Assembly (NCBI GenBank): GCA_934725345.1
Contig: CAKVBG010000001.1
Coordinates: 1 to 52,720 of the forward strand
From: an uncultured Eubacteriales bacterium
GTDB lineage: Bacteria; Bacillota; Clostridia; Oscillospirales; Acutalibacteraceae
Length of the DNA stretch: 52,720 nucleotides
Direction: 5' to 3'
The notes beneath the pieces are model-generated. The model ran no database searches. It was not told the DNA's origin and saw nothing but the letters and a program-made list of their open reading frames with translations. The stretch's first letter is position 1. Every line of letters begins with the position of its first letter. A program made the position numbers and the translations under genes. Below, piece by piece: positions 29,494 to 38,202 of the stretch.

Positions 29494-32349
29494 CTAAATT
29501 CCATATGCCAATTCTTTCTTTGCTTTTTTCATCTGCCTAGCATATTCATAAGGACTAGGCTGTGTGTTATAGAAGTTAAATGTATCACCGCCCGTACTAC
29601 TTGCATTTACGCCCTTACTATAAGCTTTGTTTTCTTGTGCTGTTAATACTCTTTCACCCTTGTGCAACTCTGCTATATATCCATTATACGGAACATAGTC
29701 AAGACCATTCGCATGGCTACCTTTTACACTACTTGCCGCACTCTTTGCATCATCAGCACCAGAAACAATGTTTTTAAAACCATCTACAATACCAGAAACA
29801 AAGTCACCAATGCTATCAGCAAAATCTGATACCCAACCGAGAATACTATCTCCAATGCTTTTAATACCATCCCATAACTGGTTAAATGCGTCCCTGCCTG
29901 CGCTATACAACCTAGAGCCTAATTCGGATACTTTGCTAGGAATTTGCGTTAATATAGACCAAATATTAGACGGTAAATTGCGTATTATATTTAGTACGTT
30001 TGTCAGAAAACTTTGCATAGCACTGCGTCCTTGTGATATCATCTGACTGCCCCATGTTACTACATAGTTAAATGCACTTACAAGCCATTGCCAAATAGCA
30101 CCCGGCAATTGTGCAAAGAAAGCAACTACATTGGATATAAATTGTGGTATAGCTGTTGCCGCCCACGATAACAAATTAGAACCAAACAAATATATATACC
30201 CTATTGCTTCTCCTATAATATATCCTATATTATATGGTAAATTCTGGAAAAATGCTGTAACATTGGATATAAATTGTGGAACTGTTACATTTGCAAAATT
30301 ATTCAGTCCATTCGGTAATGTTTCTGTAAAGAATGTTATAATACCATCAAATGCACCTTCTATAGCATCTATTGCACTATCTATAATACTAGGTATTGTA
30401 CTTGTGAAAAATTCTCTGAATTTATCTGCTACCCCATCCAGACCAAATGCTTCTAAAATATTTGCTCCTATCTCTCCAAATATTGCAATAATATTTGTAA
30501 CAAAACCTAAAGCAAGCTCTACGATAGAATCAAATATTCCTGTCAAGCCATCTTTTACTTTTTGCCAATCTCCTGTGAATACACCGATAAAAACATCAAG
30601 TACAGAAAGTATTGTGTCAAACACATTTGAAAGGACATCAACTACTGTTTTAAACGCACCAGAAAATATAGGTGCTATGATATTGCATAAACCAACCCAT
30701 GCAACTTTTATTATATTTGCGACGGTAATAAATAAGGGAGCTATCTCTAACAGCCTTTCTTTCATGCCATTGAAAAAGTTCATAACAACACTTAATAATT
30801 CTTTAAATATTGATACCATTGAATTTCTGAAATCTTCATTTGTTTTCCATGCTGTTATAAATACAGCCGCTATACCTGCTATTGCCGCAACTACCGCACC
30901 AATAGGTGAAAGAACAACTTTTAAAACGTTACTCATTATTGACACATTCTTAGTAAATCCCATTGCACTAAGAGCGGCATTATTCATTTGTCCAAAAAAT
31001 ATACTTGATATATGAGATATACCATCAAACACCGCTGAAATATTTCCAAACACTTTAAATAGTTTAGAACCTATTAACATTATTGGTGCTATTGCGGCGG
31101 CTATTAAACCAAATTTTACAATTAAATCTTGTTGCGATTCTGATAAGCTGTTAAATTTTTCTACAAGCCCTGTTATCCATTCTGCTAATTCTCTTATATA
31201 TGGCGTTAATCTTTCTCCTATTGTTATGCCTGCACTCTCTAAAGCACTTTTTAACAACGTTACTGCACCACCTAAATTATCTTGCATTGTATCAGCCATT
31301 TCTTGTGACGCACCTGTACAATTCACTATGCTTTCCGATAATTTGTTATAATCTTCATCGCTAGCGTTTATTATAGCAAGCAATCCAGACATTCCCTCTT
31401 GCCCTGCTATCATAGCCGCATAACTGGCTTTTTGGTCTTCTGTCAATCCAGACATAGAACTTCTAAGCTGTTTTAATATATTATCTAAGCTTTTCATAGA
31501 ACCATCTGAATTAGTAACACTTATTCCTAACGCATCCATTGCTGTACCAGATTCTTTTGTCGGTTTTACAAGTCTTGTAATCGTGCTTCTTAATGCCGTT
31601 CCTGCTTGTTCCCCTTTTATTCCTGCATTTGCCATTAAGCCTATTGCGACTGCTGTATCTTCTATGCTGTAACCCATTGCTCCTGCTATTGGTGCAACAT
31701 ATTTAAAAGTAGCACCCATTAACGAAACATTTGTATTACTTCGAGAACTTGCTTCTGCCAAAACATCTGAAAAATGTTCTGCATTACTTACTTCTACATT
31801 ATATCCATTTTTTAATACTTTTGTTGTTCCATCAGCGGCGAGCCCAAATGCTGTCATAGCATCTGTTACGATATCTGATACTGTTCCTAAATCCTCTCCA
31901 CTTGCGGCGGCAAGGTTCATAACACCAGAAATACTATTCAGCATATCCTTTGTGTCCCAGCCTGCCATTGCCATATATTTGAAAGCTTCGGCACTTTCTG
32001 TTGCACTAAATTTTGTTTTAGCGCCCATTTCTATTGCTTTATCTCTTAACTGTGTAAATTGTGTCCCTGTTGCACCGCTTATCGCTTTTACTTCGGACAT
32101 TGCACTATCAAAGGTACTTGTTACTTTTACTGCCGCTGTTCCAATTCCTAATAGTGGTAATGTTACGCTTTTTGCTAATCCACTTCCTACAGTATTTAGG
32201 GCACTGGAAAATCCTTTAAACTTTTGTTCTGCTGTCGAGCTTTTATCTCCAAATACCTTTAAATCGTTGTAGGCACTTGCGAAACCTTTAGAGAATTTAG
32301 AGGTATCTAATTCGAGGTAAGCTATAGCAGAACCCATATTTATTGCCAT
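29494..32349 (-). CDS. tail tape measure protein (951 aa)
   Basis: Follows the chaperone pair. The N-terminal core MAMAGWDTKDMLNSISGVMNLAAASGEDLGTVSDIVTDAMTAFGL is typical of tape measure proteins. Long Ala/Gly/Ile-rich helical body with an internal 44-aa duplication (PQFISNV.AFF). Confidence 0.85.
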   Translation of the reverse strand: MAINMGSAIAYLELDTSKFSKGFASAYNDLKVFGDKSSTAEQKFKGFSSALNTVGSGLAKSVTLPLLGIGTAAVKVTSTFDSAMSEVKAISGATGTQFTQLRDKAIEMGAKTKFSATESAEAFKYMAMAGWDTKDMLNSISGVMNLAAASGEDLGTVSDIVTDAMTAFGLAADGTTKVLKNGYNVEVSNAEHFSDVLAEASSRSNTNVSLMGATFKYVAPIAGAMGYSIEDTAVAIGLMANAGIKGEQAGTALRSTITRLVKPTKESGTAMDALGISVTNSDGSMKSLDNILKQLRSSMSGLTEDQKASYAAMIAGQEGMSGLLAIINASDEDYNKLSESIVNCTGASQEMADTMQDNLGGAVTLLKSALESAGITIGERLTPYIRELAEWITGLVEKFNSLSESQQDLIVKFGLIAAAIAPIMLIGSKLFKVFGNISAVFDGISHISSIFFGQMNNAALSAMGFTKNVSIMSNVLKVVLSPIGAVVAAIAGIAAVFITAWKTNEDFRNSMVSIFKELLSVVMNFFNGMKERLLEIAPLFITVANIIKVAWVGLCNIIAPIFSGAFKTVVDVLSNVFDTILSVLDVFIGVFTGDWQKVKDGLTGIFDSIVELALGFVTNIIAIFGEIGANILEAFGLDGVADKFREFFTSTIPSIIDSAIDAIEGAFDGIITFFTETLPNGLNNFANVTVPQFISNVTAFFQNLPYNIGYIIGEAIGYIYLFGSNLLSWAATAIPQFISNVVAFFAQLPGAIWQWLVSAFNYVVTWGSQMISQGRSAMQSFLTNVLNIIRNLPSNIWSILTQIPSKVSELGSRLYSAGRDAFNQLWDGIKSIGDSILGWVSDFADSIGDFVSGIVDGFKNIVSGADDAKSAASSVKGSHANGLDYVPYNGYIAELHKGERVLTAQENKAYSKGVNASSTGGDTFNFYNTQPSPYEYARQMKKAKKELAYGI

Positions 32350-32351
32350 GA

Positions 32352-32552
32352 TTATTTACCTCCAAAATTTTTATAAAAATCTGTAAAATTGCTATATTCT
32401 TCTTGCTCTTCTTCTTGTTCTCTATATATTGGTTTCTCTTCGTTTTGTAATCTCAGTATTATCTCTGCACACGCTTCGTTAAAACAAAAAGCTGTATAGT
32501 TGTCCTCAACGCCTATAATATCACTAGGCAGACAATTATACAGCTTTGACAT
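32352..32552 (-). CDS. tail assembly chaperone, downstream (gpT-like) segment
   Basis: 66-aa ORF between the gpG-like gene and the TMP gene. No SD before ATG 32552. Its frame (+1 relative to the gpG-like gene) is open back to 32594. Confidence 0.5.
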   Translation of the reverse strand: MSKLYNCLPSDIIGVEDNYTAFCFNEACAEIILRLQNEEKPIYREQEEEQEEYSNFTDFYKNFGGK

Positions 32553-32574
32553 GGACAGTATGCTTTCTATTTTT

Positions 32575-32985
32575 CTACTCTGTACGAAAGGATTCTAAGG
32601 CTTTTACCCCTTGCTGTGAATAATTAAACAAGAACATCATTTGTTCGTCTGTAAGCTCCAAACCTACATTCTTAATATCTTCATATGTTGGTTCTACAAG
32701 TGTTTCACTCGCAATAATGTCTAGCACATCATACAACTGTTTCATTGTATCTTCTTCTTCTGTGTCAAGTCCTGCACCACTCTGTAAAAATAATTCATTC
32801 GCTTTTACAAGTAATGTGTTTGGGATTCTTCCTTGTTTTGCCATACCTAAAATAGATGGTCGTTTTAATCTTGCGACAAGTGGCTGTCCTTCTGCGAAAG
32901 GCGGCATTTCCACAATTGTCCCACCTGCATAATTCTTTAAATCTTCAATACTTGTTACGTTTACTTCTCTCTTTTTTACTGCCAT
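32575..32985 (-). CDS. tail assembly chaperone (gpG-like, 136 aa)
   Basis: Position between the major tail protein and TMP genes; AAGGAG SD; acidic protein. Confidence 0.6.
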   Translation of the reverse strand: MAVKKREVNVTSIEDLKNYAGGTIVEMPPFAEGQPLVARLKRPSILGMAKQGRIPNTLLVKANELFLQSGAGLDTEEEDTMKQLYDVLDIIASETLVEPTYEDIKNVGLELTDEQMMFLFNYSQQGVKALESFRTE

Positions 32986-33024
32986 GTTGTGTTCTCCTTA
33001 ATTTATATCATAAAGTTATTTTAC

Positions 33025-33642
33025 CTATACGACTGCAATTCCACTTTCTTCCACGCTTTGCTGTTCTACGGTATATTCTGTTAAGTTAGGTAACTGCTCT
33101 ACATACTGTATTGTATATGGCGCTTGTCCTGTTTTTGGCGCACTGTTAATCGTGTACTCTGGAACTCTGAATACATCATCTTCTGTATTGATTGTAACTG
33201 GTGTTCCTTGGCAATTCGGATATGTTATCTTCTCATACATTGTAATCTGTCCAGATGCATCATATACGGCTGAATAAGCATCAAGCTCGAATATCTCGCC
33301 TTTTGTATTTTCTCCTGCTTTTGGTGGTGTATATTTAAGTGTTGTTCCACTTCCTTCTACTGTTCCACCTTGGAAAATTTTCACAAGCTCTGGAATAAAT
33401 ACATTGTCTGTTAATGTAATCTGGTGTCCGGTGATTGTTGTTGTGCTAGGCTTTTGTGCTAACAATTTTCCCAACTTTACAAGTTTAATAGCATCAACTG
33501 TATCTGTTTGTGGTTCTACTGCAATCTTATTAGCTGTATCTACTGCAATTTCCATCCCACTATCTTCTGTGCCTGTTCTTACTACAACAAGTGCAACGTC
33601 TATAGTAGGAATACCTACAGCTTTCTTTTTTGTTCTTGGCAT
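33025..33642 (-). CDS. major tail protein (205 aa)
   Basis: Position upstream of the chaperone pair; strong AAGGAG SD; size and beta-rich composition typical of siphovirus tail tube proteins. No sheath gene is present. Confidence 0.6.
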   Translation of the reverse strand: MPRTKKKAVGIPTIDVALVVVRTGTEDSGMEIAVDTANKIAVEPQTDTVDAIKLVKLGKLLAQKPSTTTITGHQITLTDNVFIPELVKIFQGGTVEGSGTTLKYTPPKAGENTKGEIFELDAYSAVYDASGQITMYEKITYPNCQGTPVTINTEDDVFRVPEYTINSAPKTGQAPYTIQYVEQLPNLTEYTVEQQSVEESGIAVV

Positions 33643-33656
33643 TATTTATTCTCCTT

Positions 33657-34013
33657 TCAATATTGTTCTATCTTTCTGCATCCTGCATATTGAAAACTCT
33701 TCATATGTCCTTTTATGTCTGAATCATAAAAGCTTGCTGTTTCATTCCCAACATACATTATAGTAGGATACATTTTCTTTAACTTTTGTTTTGTTTCATA
33801 TATTAGACTTTCAAGCCTACTATAATTGTTTTGTGGAACATAACACATTATCGTGTACAATGGTCTTTCACTGGATACGGTTAACGGAACTGTTATATCT
33901 TCCAATTTAATAACCACATATTCTTTTGTACATTCTCCACTATGCTGTGAAGGAAAAAATGTTTCTGTTCCATCTTCTGCAATTGTGTCATATATTTGTT
34001 TTAATATACTCAT
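33657..34013 (-). CDS. tail completion / tail terminator-like protein (118 aa)
   Basis: Fourth small gene of the head-tail joining block. ATGA overlap with the upstream gene. Confidence 0.45.
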   Translation of the reverse strand: MSILKQIYDTIAEDGTETFFPSQHSGECTKEYVVIKLEDITVPLTVSSERPLYTIMCYVPQNNYSRLESLIYETKQKLKKMYPTIMYVGNETASFYDSDIKGHMKSFQYAGCRKIEQY

Positions 34014-34366
34014 GGTCTTAAATATTTTAGCAACTCCTTGTATCCGTCCAACACTTCTTGACTTTTAGCATTTACTGTTTTCTGTAAAATCGCATATCTT
34101 TTTTCATGACATAGTTCCAAATACACTCCATAATAAACACCATGTCCAATATAGATTCTTGTTTTGTTTCTTAGCGTTTCTACCCATCCGACGAGTCTTT
34201 GCCTTGCGTGTCCTGTTCTATCTGTCCATGGTCTATTCTGTTTTGCATAATTTTGAAACTTCTTTGCACCTTCATTCGCAAACATTTTAATTGCTATCTG
34301 CGATTTTGTTTCTGCATTTTGTAAATTTAATAAAAGTTTTGAAGCATCTAATCTAATTCCTGCCAT
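34010..34366 (-). CDS. HK97 gp10-like head-tail joining protein (118 aa)
   Basis: ATG at 34366 (the track start at 34396 is TTG). AKKFQNYAKQNRPWTDRTGHARQRLVG resembles the gp10-family motif. Confidence 0.5.
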   Translation of the reverse strand: MAGIRLDASKLLLNLQNAETKSQIAIKMFANEGAKKFQNYAKQNRPWTDRTGHARQRLVGWVETLRNKTRIYIGHGVYYGVYLELCHEKRYAILQKTVNAKSQEVLDGYKELLKYLRP

Positions 34367-34733
34367 CTTGTACCAACTCCAAAGATAAATCCACAACCAT
34401 GTTATATTCTTGTATGTTATTTTTATCTACAATGTTATATCTATTATTATTTATGATAACAAACATTCCATTTTCAATTTGTTCTGAATCTTCCATACAT
34501 ACCATTAACATTGGTTGTGCCTTTGCTTTTATTTTTGTTCCATCACTTATTGTTTGTGCTGTATATCCCTTTGTAATGTGGAATAAACCACTAACTTTTT
34601 GAATTTCTTCAATATCGCTAGTGGTTTCTCCATATCTGTCTGTTTTCTGCTTATACACGGTATATTTATCACCATGTATCTGTATCTCTCTTTTTACCTT
34701 GTGAAGCTCTGTAAAGAGCTTTCCACTTCTCAT
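34353..34733 (-). CDS. head closure / head-tail adaptor protein (126 aa)
   Basis: Position and size. ATGA overlap with the upstream gene. Confidence 0.45.
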   Translation of the reverse strand: MRSGKLFTELHKVKREIQIHGDKYTVYKQKTDRYGETTSDIEEIQKVSGLFHITKGYTAQTISDGTKIKAKAQPMLMVCMEDSEQIENGMFVIINNNRYNIVDKNNIQEYNMVVDLSLELVQDGRN

Positions 34734-34978
34734 ATCAGCACCCCACTATTTGTATCAATGTATTGAGACGCTAACATTTTGAAGTAGCTTGAACTGTCTT
34801 TCGTAGTAAGTCCACTTACATTCAATCCTGTTGTTTCTGCTTTTAGAATCAAACCCTCATAACTTGCTTTTTTCACATTGTTATTGTTTTTTTCAAGAAG
34901 ATACAAAAGTTCTTCGTTTGTAAAATACGGTGTTTGTTCTTCTCGCAAATTAAACTTTAACTTTTCCAGATTGTCCAT
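34730..34978 (-). CDS. head-tail connector (gp6/gp15-like) protein (82 aa)
   Basis: First gene of the joining block. AAGGAGG SD. The pattern NLREEQTPYFTNEELLYLLEKN is typical of DNA-packaging/connector proteins. Confidence 0.5.
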   Translation of the reverse strand: MDNLEKLKFNLREEQTPYFTNEELLYLLEKNNNNVKKASYEGLILKAETTGLNVSGLTTKDSSSYFKMLASQYIDTNSGVLI

Positions 34979-34996
34979 GTTAGCACCTCCTTCTTT

Positions 34997-35308
34997 TTAT
35001 GAGTGCTGTTCTCGAATTGCTTTCTGGATAATCTTTCTTGCTTCTCCTACATTCTTAGCAGAAGAGGTATCGATACCATGTTCCTCTGCATACTTCATAA
35101 GCTGTTCCTTGTTCATCTCTGAAACTGGAATTTCTGTTTCTACAGCTTCCTGTTCAACTTCTTCTGTATAATCATTTACAAATCCTTCAGATTTTTCTTC
35201 CTTTGTTTCGTTTACAAGCCTATATCCTTTTTTCTTAAAAATACTATCATAAGCACTTTTAGAGACTTTAATATAATGCTTATTTCTTACTGCTACTACA
35301 AATGCCAT
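34997..35308 (-). CDS. HeH/Rho-N-like motif protein downstream of the capsid gene (103 aa)
   Basis: AGGAGGGG SD. C-terminus: MNKEQLMKYAEEHGIDTSSAKNVGEARKIIQKAI. Confidence 0.6.
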   Translation of the reverse strand: MAFVVAVRNKHYIKVSKSAYDSIFKKKGYRLVNETKEEKSEGFVNDYTEEVEQEAVETEIPVSEMNKEQLMKYAEEHGIDTSSAKNVGEARKIIQKAIREQHS

Positions 35309-35321
35309 ATTGTTTCCCCTC

Positions 35322-36356
35322 CTAAACTGTTGTATCGATAATGTACACTTGGTCTGCTGTTGGGAAATCTGGTAAACAAATCATTGTTACTTTCGTTTCT
35401 ACTGTAACTGGGTCTGCAACTTTAATTGTAGTTACTGCAACTCCTGTGTCTGTGATATTAACATTTGCTACAGAACCACTCATAAGGTCAGATTCCTCTG
35501 GTGTTGTTCCAAACCATGTGTTACCGAGCTTTCCAGACGGGAACATTGTGAAAGTATCATCTGGAATGTATTTCTGCGTTGCTCCATCTTCGTCTTTGTA
35601 ACGCTTGTCATTAACTGCAATTTCAAGCCCCAATTCATCGGAAATGTACTGTTTAATTTTCTGGTCGGAAATAAAACCAACACCATCTGTAAGGGTAAGG
35701 ATAGACTTTTTGATTTCTGTATTGATTCTAAAATATGCAAATGTTTTTGAATTGCATACTGCTCTTGTTGGTGTTACTCCCGTATCTTCTACAATCTTGT
35801 TAATACCATTTCTAATATCATCCATAATTGTAGCTGTTGGGTCGCTCCACGATTTAGTTGTTGTTACTTTGTGTGCGTCTGGCATCTGATAGTCATATTC
35901 ATATGTCTGTCCATTACCTTCCATAACAATTGTACCAGTCGTAAGCGCCATCATACGCATCCTTTCACGCTGTGCACTTGCACCTTCGAGAAGTTCTGTT
36001 TCGTCTGCAAAGATTCTATTTACAATAGCATCAATGTAAGCTTGATTTCCGCTTTCGATAACCTTATTAAGTTCCTGTCTTAATTCTTCATCAATGTATT
36101 TAGATTCTTTGAAGAAAGGCATTTCAGCACTTAATTTTTCAAAACCAATTCGAGGTCTTGGAATAGCGGCTACATCATAAGCACTCGGTTTTAATACAAT
36201 CGGAAGTCCATTAGAACCTTTTAACCATTTAAGGTCAAGTCCGAGTTTTTTGTCATTCGGGAAAAGCTCTTCTCCCATATATGGTTCTCTGTCCTGTTGT
36301 AAAATTTCCCAATAGGATGTTATTTCTTGGCTAAGAATTAAATCATAAATTGTCAT
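35322..36356 (-). CDS. major capsid protein (lambda E-like family, 344 aa)
   Basis: Order is scaffold, decoration protein, then this gene. AAGGAGG SD. The N-terminal LFPNDKKLGLDLKWLKGSNGLP...KPSAYD and overall layout resemble E-family capsid proteins. Confidence 0.75.
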   Translation of the reverse strand: MTIYDLILSQEITSYWEILQQDREPYMGEELFPNDKKLGLDLKWLKGSNGLPIVLKPSAYDVAAIPRPRIGFEKLSAEMPFFKESKYIDEELRQELNKVIESGNQAYIDAIVNRIFADETELLEGASAQRERMRMMALTTGTIVMEGNGQTYEYDYQMPDAHKVTTTKSWSDPTATIMDDIRNGINKIVEDTGVTPTRAVCNSKTFAYFRINTEIKKSILTLTDGVGFISDQKIKQYISDELGLEIAVNDKRYKDEDGATQKYIPDDTFTMFPSGKLGNTWFGTTPEESDLMSGSVANVNITDTGVAVTTIKVADPVTVETKVTMICLPDFPTADQVYIIDTTV

Positions 36357-36382
36357 ATCTGTTTACTCCTCCTTGTTTATTA

Positions 36383-36772
36383 TTAGCAAGCCACAAACTT
36401 AATCATTGGAAGTGCGGCTTTGACTTCTGCTGTGATTTTTGCTTTTGTTGTATTATCAATTCTGTTTGTATTTACAAAACCAAATAAAAGAATTGTTCCA
36501 TTGTTTTCATCATCTGTTACATCTACATCATGTAAAAGAATACCTACTGCATTTGAAGCTCCTGTTGTTGTAGTAGCAGGTGTAAAAGCTGTCGTTCTTG
36601 CATCAAGATTTCCTGTTACTGGTGTTCCTGCCTTTGCAATCTTTCTACCGTTTTCTGTGATACCACAAGTTTTATCTACAACAATTCCCATAGATACTTG
36701 ATGTTCTACTGCAAAAAGAATCTGATTTTTGTTTCCATATGTTTCTTTCATAATTCCTGTATTGTTAAACAT
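36383..36772 (-). CDS. head decoration protein (gpD-like, 129 aa)
   Basis: Lies between the scaffold and capsid genes. AKAGTPVTGN...AVGILLHDVDVT...GTILLFGFVN matches the gpD-like pattern. Confidence 0.55.
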   Translation of the reverse strand: MFNNTGIMKETYGNKNQILFAVEHQVSMGIVVDKTCGITENGRKIAKAGTPVTGNLDARTTAFTPATTTTGASNAVGILLHDVDVTDDENNGTILLFGFVNTNRIDNTTKAKITAEVKAALPMIKFVAC

Positions 36773-36792
36773 TTATATATTCCTCCTTACTA

Positions 36793-37461
36793 TTAGTTGC
36801 TAAAATAATGACTTTTTGGTTTCGCTCTATTTGCGAGTAACCTTTCTGCCATCGTTCCTTTATGCTGTTCTTTGTTTCCTTCATTGTTATTTGTATTAGT
36901 TCCGTTATTTTTGTTTTTATCTTCTTTTGGAACTCTTTTTCTTGTTACTGTTCCTTTTTGCTTTTCTTCTTCATCTTCATCAGAAAAATAAATCTTTCCA
37001 TTTGTGCTGTCTTTGATTTCAGCAATCACAGCGTTAATATCTTTATCTTTCGTAACTTTTGCCTTTGCGATAATTACCAAATCATCTACGATTTCTGGCT
37101 TTGCTCCTAGCTGAATTGCAGATAACTTAGCTTCTGCCATGATACGTGCTTCACGTTCTTCTGCAAGCTGTTTCGTTGTGGCTGTAAGAGTGTCATTAGA
37201 TTTCTGTAAATCTGTTTTGTTTTTTTCTTCCTCTTCTTTTGCCTTTGCAACAATACCCTTTAAGGTGTCACCATCTTCAACGCCTAACCCTTTTAAATAC
37301 TCTGCAATTGCATCGTTTTTAATCTTTTCAGCATCTACAGAATTATTATTCTGTGTGTTTACATTCTGTTGTGTATTTGTCTGTGCTCCATTGTTCTGTG
37401 CTGTGTTCTGATTTTCTCCATTGTCTCCTGTTACATTTACATTAGTATTTGTATCTGCCAT
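36793..37461 (-). CDS. capsid scaffolding protein (222 aa)
   Basis: Low-complexity N/Q/T-rich N-terminus and long charged helices (KAKEEEEKNKTDLQKSNDTLTATTKQLAEEREARIMAEAKLSAIQ). Position upstream of the capsid genes. Confidence 0.65.
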   Translation of the reverse strand: MADTNTNVNVTGDNGENQNTAQNNGAQTNTQQNVNTQNNNSVDAEKIKNDAIAEYLKGLGVEDGDTLKGIVAKAKEEEEKNKTDLQKSNDTLTATTKQLAEEREARIMAEAKLSAIQLGAKPEIVDDLVIIAKAKVTKDKDINAVIAEIKDSTNGKIYFSDEDEEEKQKGTVTRKRVPKEDKNKNNGTNTNNNEGNKEQHKGTMAERLLANRAKPKSHYFSN

Positions 37462-37478
37462 TTTGTTTTATTCTCCTT

Positions 37479-37790
37479 TTAAAATTCTTTATTATACTTT
37501 GTTTCAAATATTCTTATTTCTCTTTCTAATCGTTTTTGCTTTTTCTCTACTGCTTTCAATTCCTTTTTGTATTGGTGTTCATCTCTTATCGTTTGTAGTT
37601 TTGCAATATGTTTTCGTATTTGCTTTTTTAATACCAATGTACTTTGCGTATCATAATAAGCACCGAATCTTTCACCACAAAACGGACATTCTATAAATGT
37701 CTTTATTACTTCTGTATTATCCACAACCTTTTGTTCCTGTTTTAGCATTAAATCAAAATCCTTGTGGCACTTATCACAAGTTACTTTCAA
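37479..37790 (-). CDS. zinc-ribbon + coiled-coil protein (103 aa, TTG start)
   Basis: CDKCHKDF...ECPFCGERF, then a basic coiled coil. Only TTG at 37790 preserves the first CxxC. Architecture parallels the upstream gene. Confidence 0.5.
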   Translation of the reverse strand: MKVTCDKCHKDFDLMLKQEQKVVDNTEVIKTFIECPFCGERFGAYYDTQSTLVLKKQIRKHIAKLQTIRDEHQYKKELKAVEKKQKRLEREIRIFETKYNKEF

Positions 37791-38187
37791 TTATATCACC
37801 AACCTTTTCAAATGTCAAGCATTCTGCAATAATTTTTTCATTTTCATCAAAATATTTTTTTCCACTGCAAATCTCTTTTAGATTTTCTCTTGCTGTTCTT
37901 ATCTCTGCCATTAGTTTGTCCTTTTTCTTTACATCTTTTGGACTCACTGTTTCACCTTTCATTTGCTTTCTTGCAACCTTTATAATTAGCTTTTTAAGAC
38001 GTTTATAATTTTCAATGGTATTTTTATCGTCTATCTGCACAAAATCCCTTGTACCGCATCTTACGCAATCGTAGTACATAACTTTGTAATAGTTTCCATA
38101 TTCGTCATGCACATCTTTTCTAATAAGGTTACTAGCTCCTATTTCATTTACTTCTCCACATTTCTTGCAAACTCTCTTAATCTCCAT
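37774..38187 (-). CDS. zinc-ribbon + coiled-coil protein (137 aa)
   Basis: ATG at 38187 with an AGGAGAA SD. CKKCGEVNE...CVRCGTRDF, then a basic helical region. Confidence 0.6.
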   Translation of the reverse strand: MEIKRVCKKCGEVNEIGASNLIRKDVHDEYGNYYKVMYYDCVRCGTRDFVQIDDKNTIENYKRLKKLIIKVARKQMKGETVSPKDVKKKDKLMAEIRTARENLKEICSGKKYFDENEKIIAECLTFEKVGDIIESNL

Positions 38188-38202
38188 TTGTTTTCTCCTG
38201 TT

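Noticed and set aside
30131-31015. 294-aa plus-strand ORF (the longest of about 90 plus-strand ORFs in the supplied track)
   Set aside because: It lies antisense to the tape measure gene, has no SD or promoter, and translates to low-complexity I/S/N/F/L-rich sequence. All plus-strand ORFs in the track show the same T-rich shadow composition and overlap well-supported minus-strand genes, so I treat them all as non-coding.
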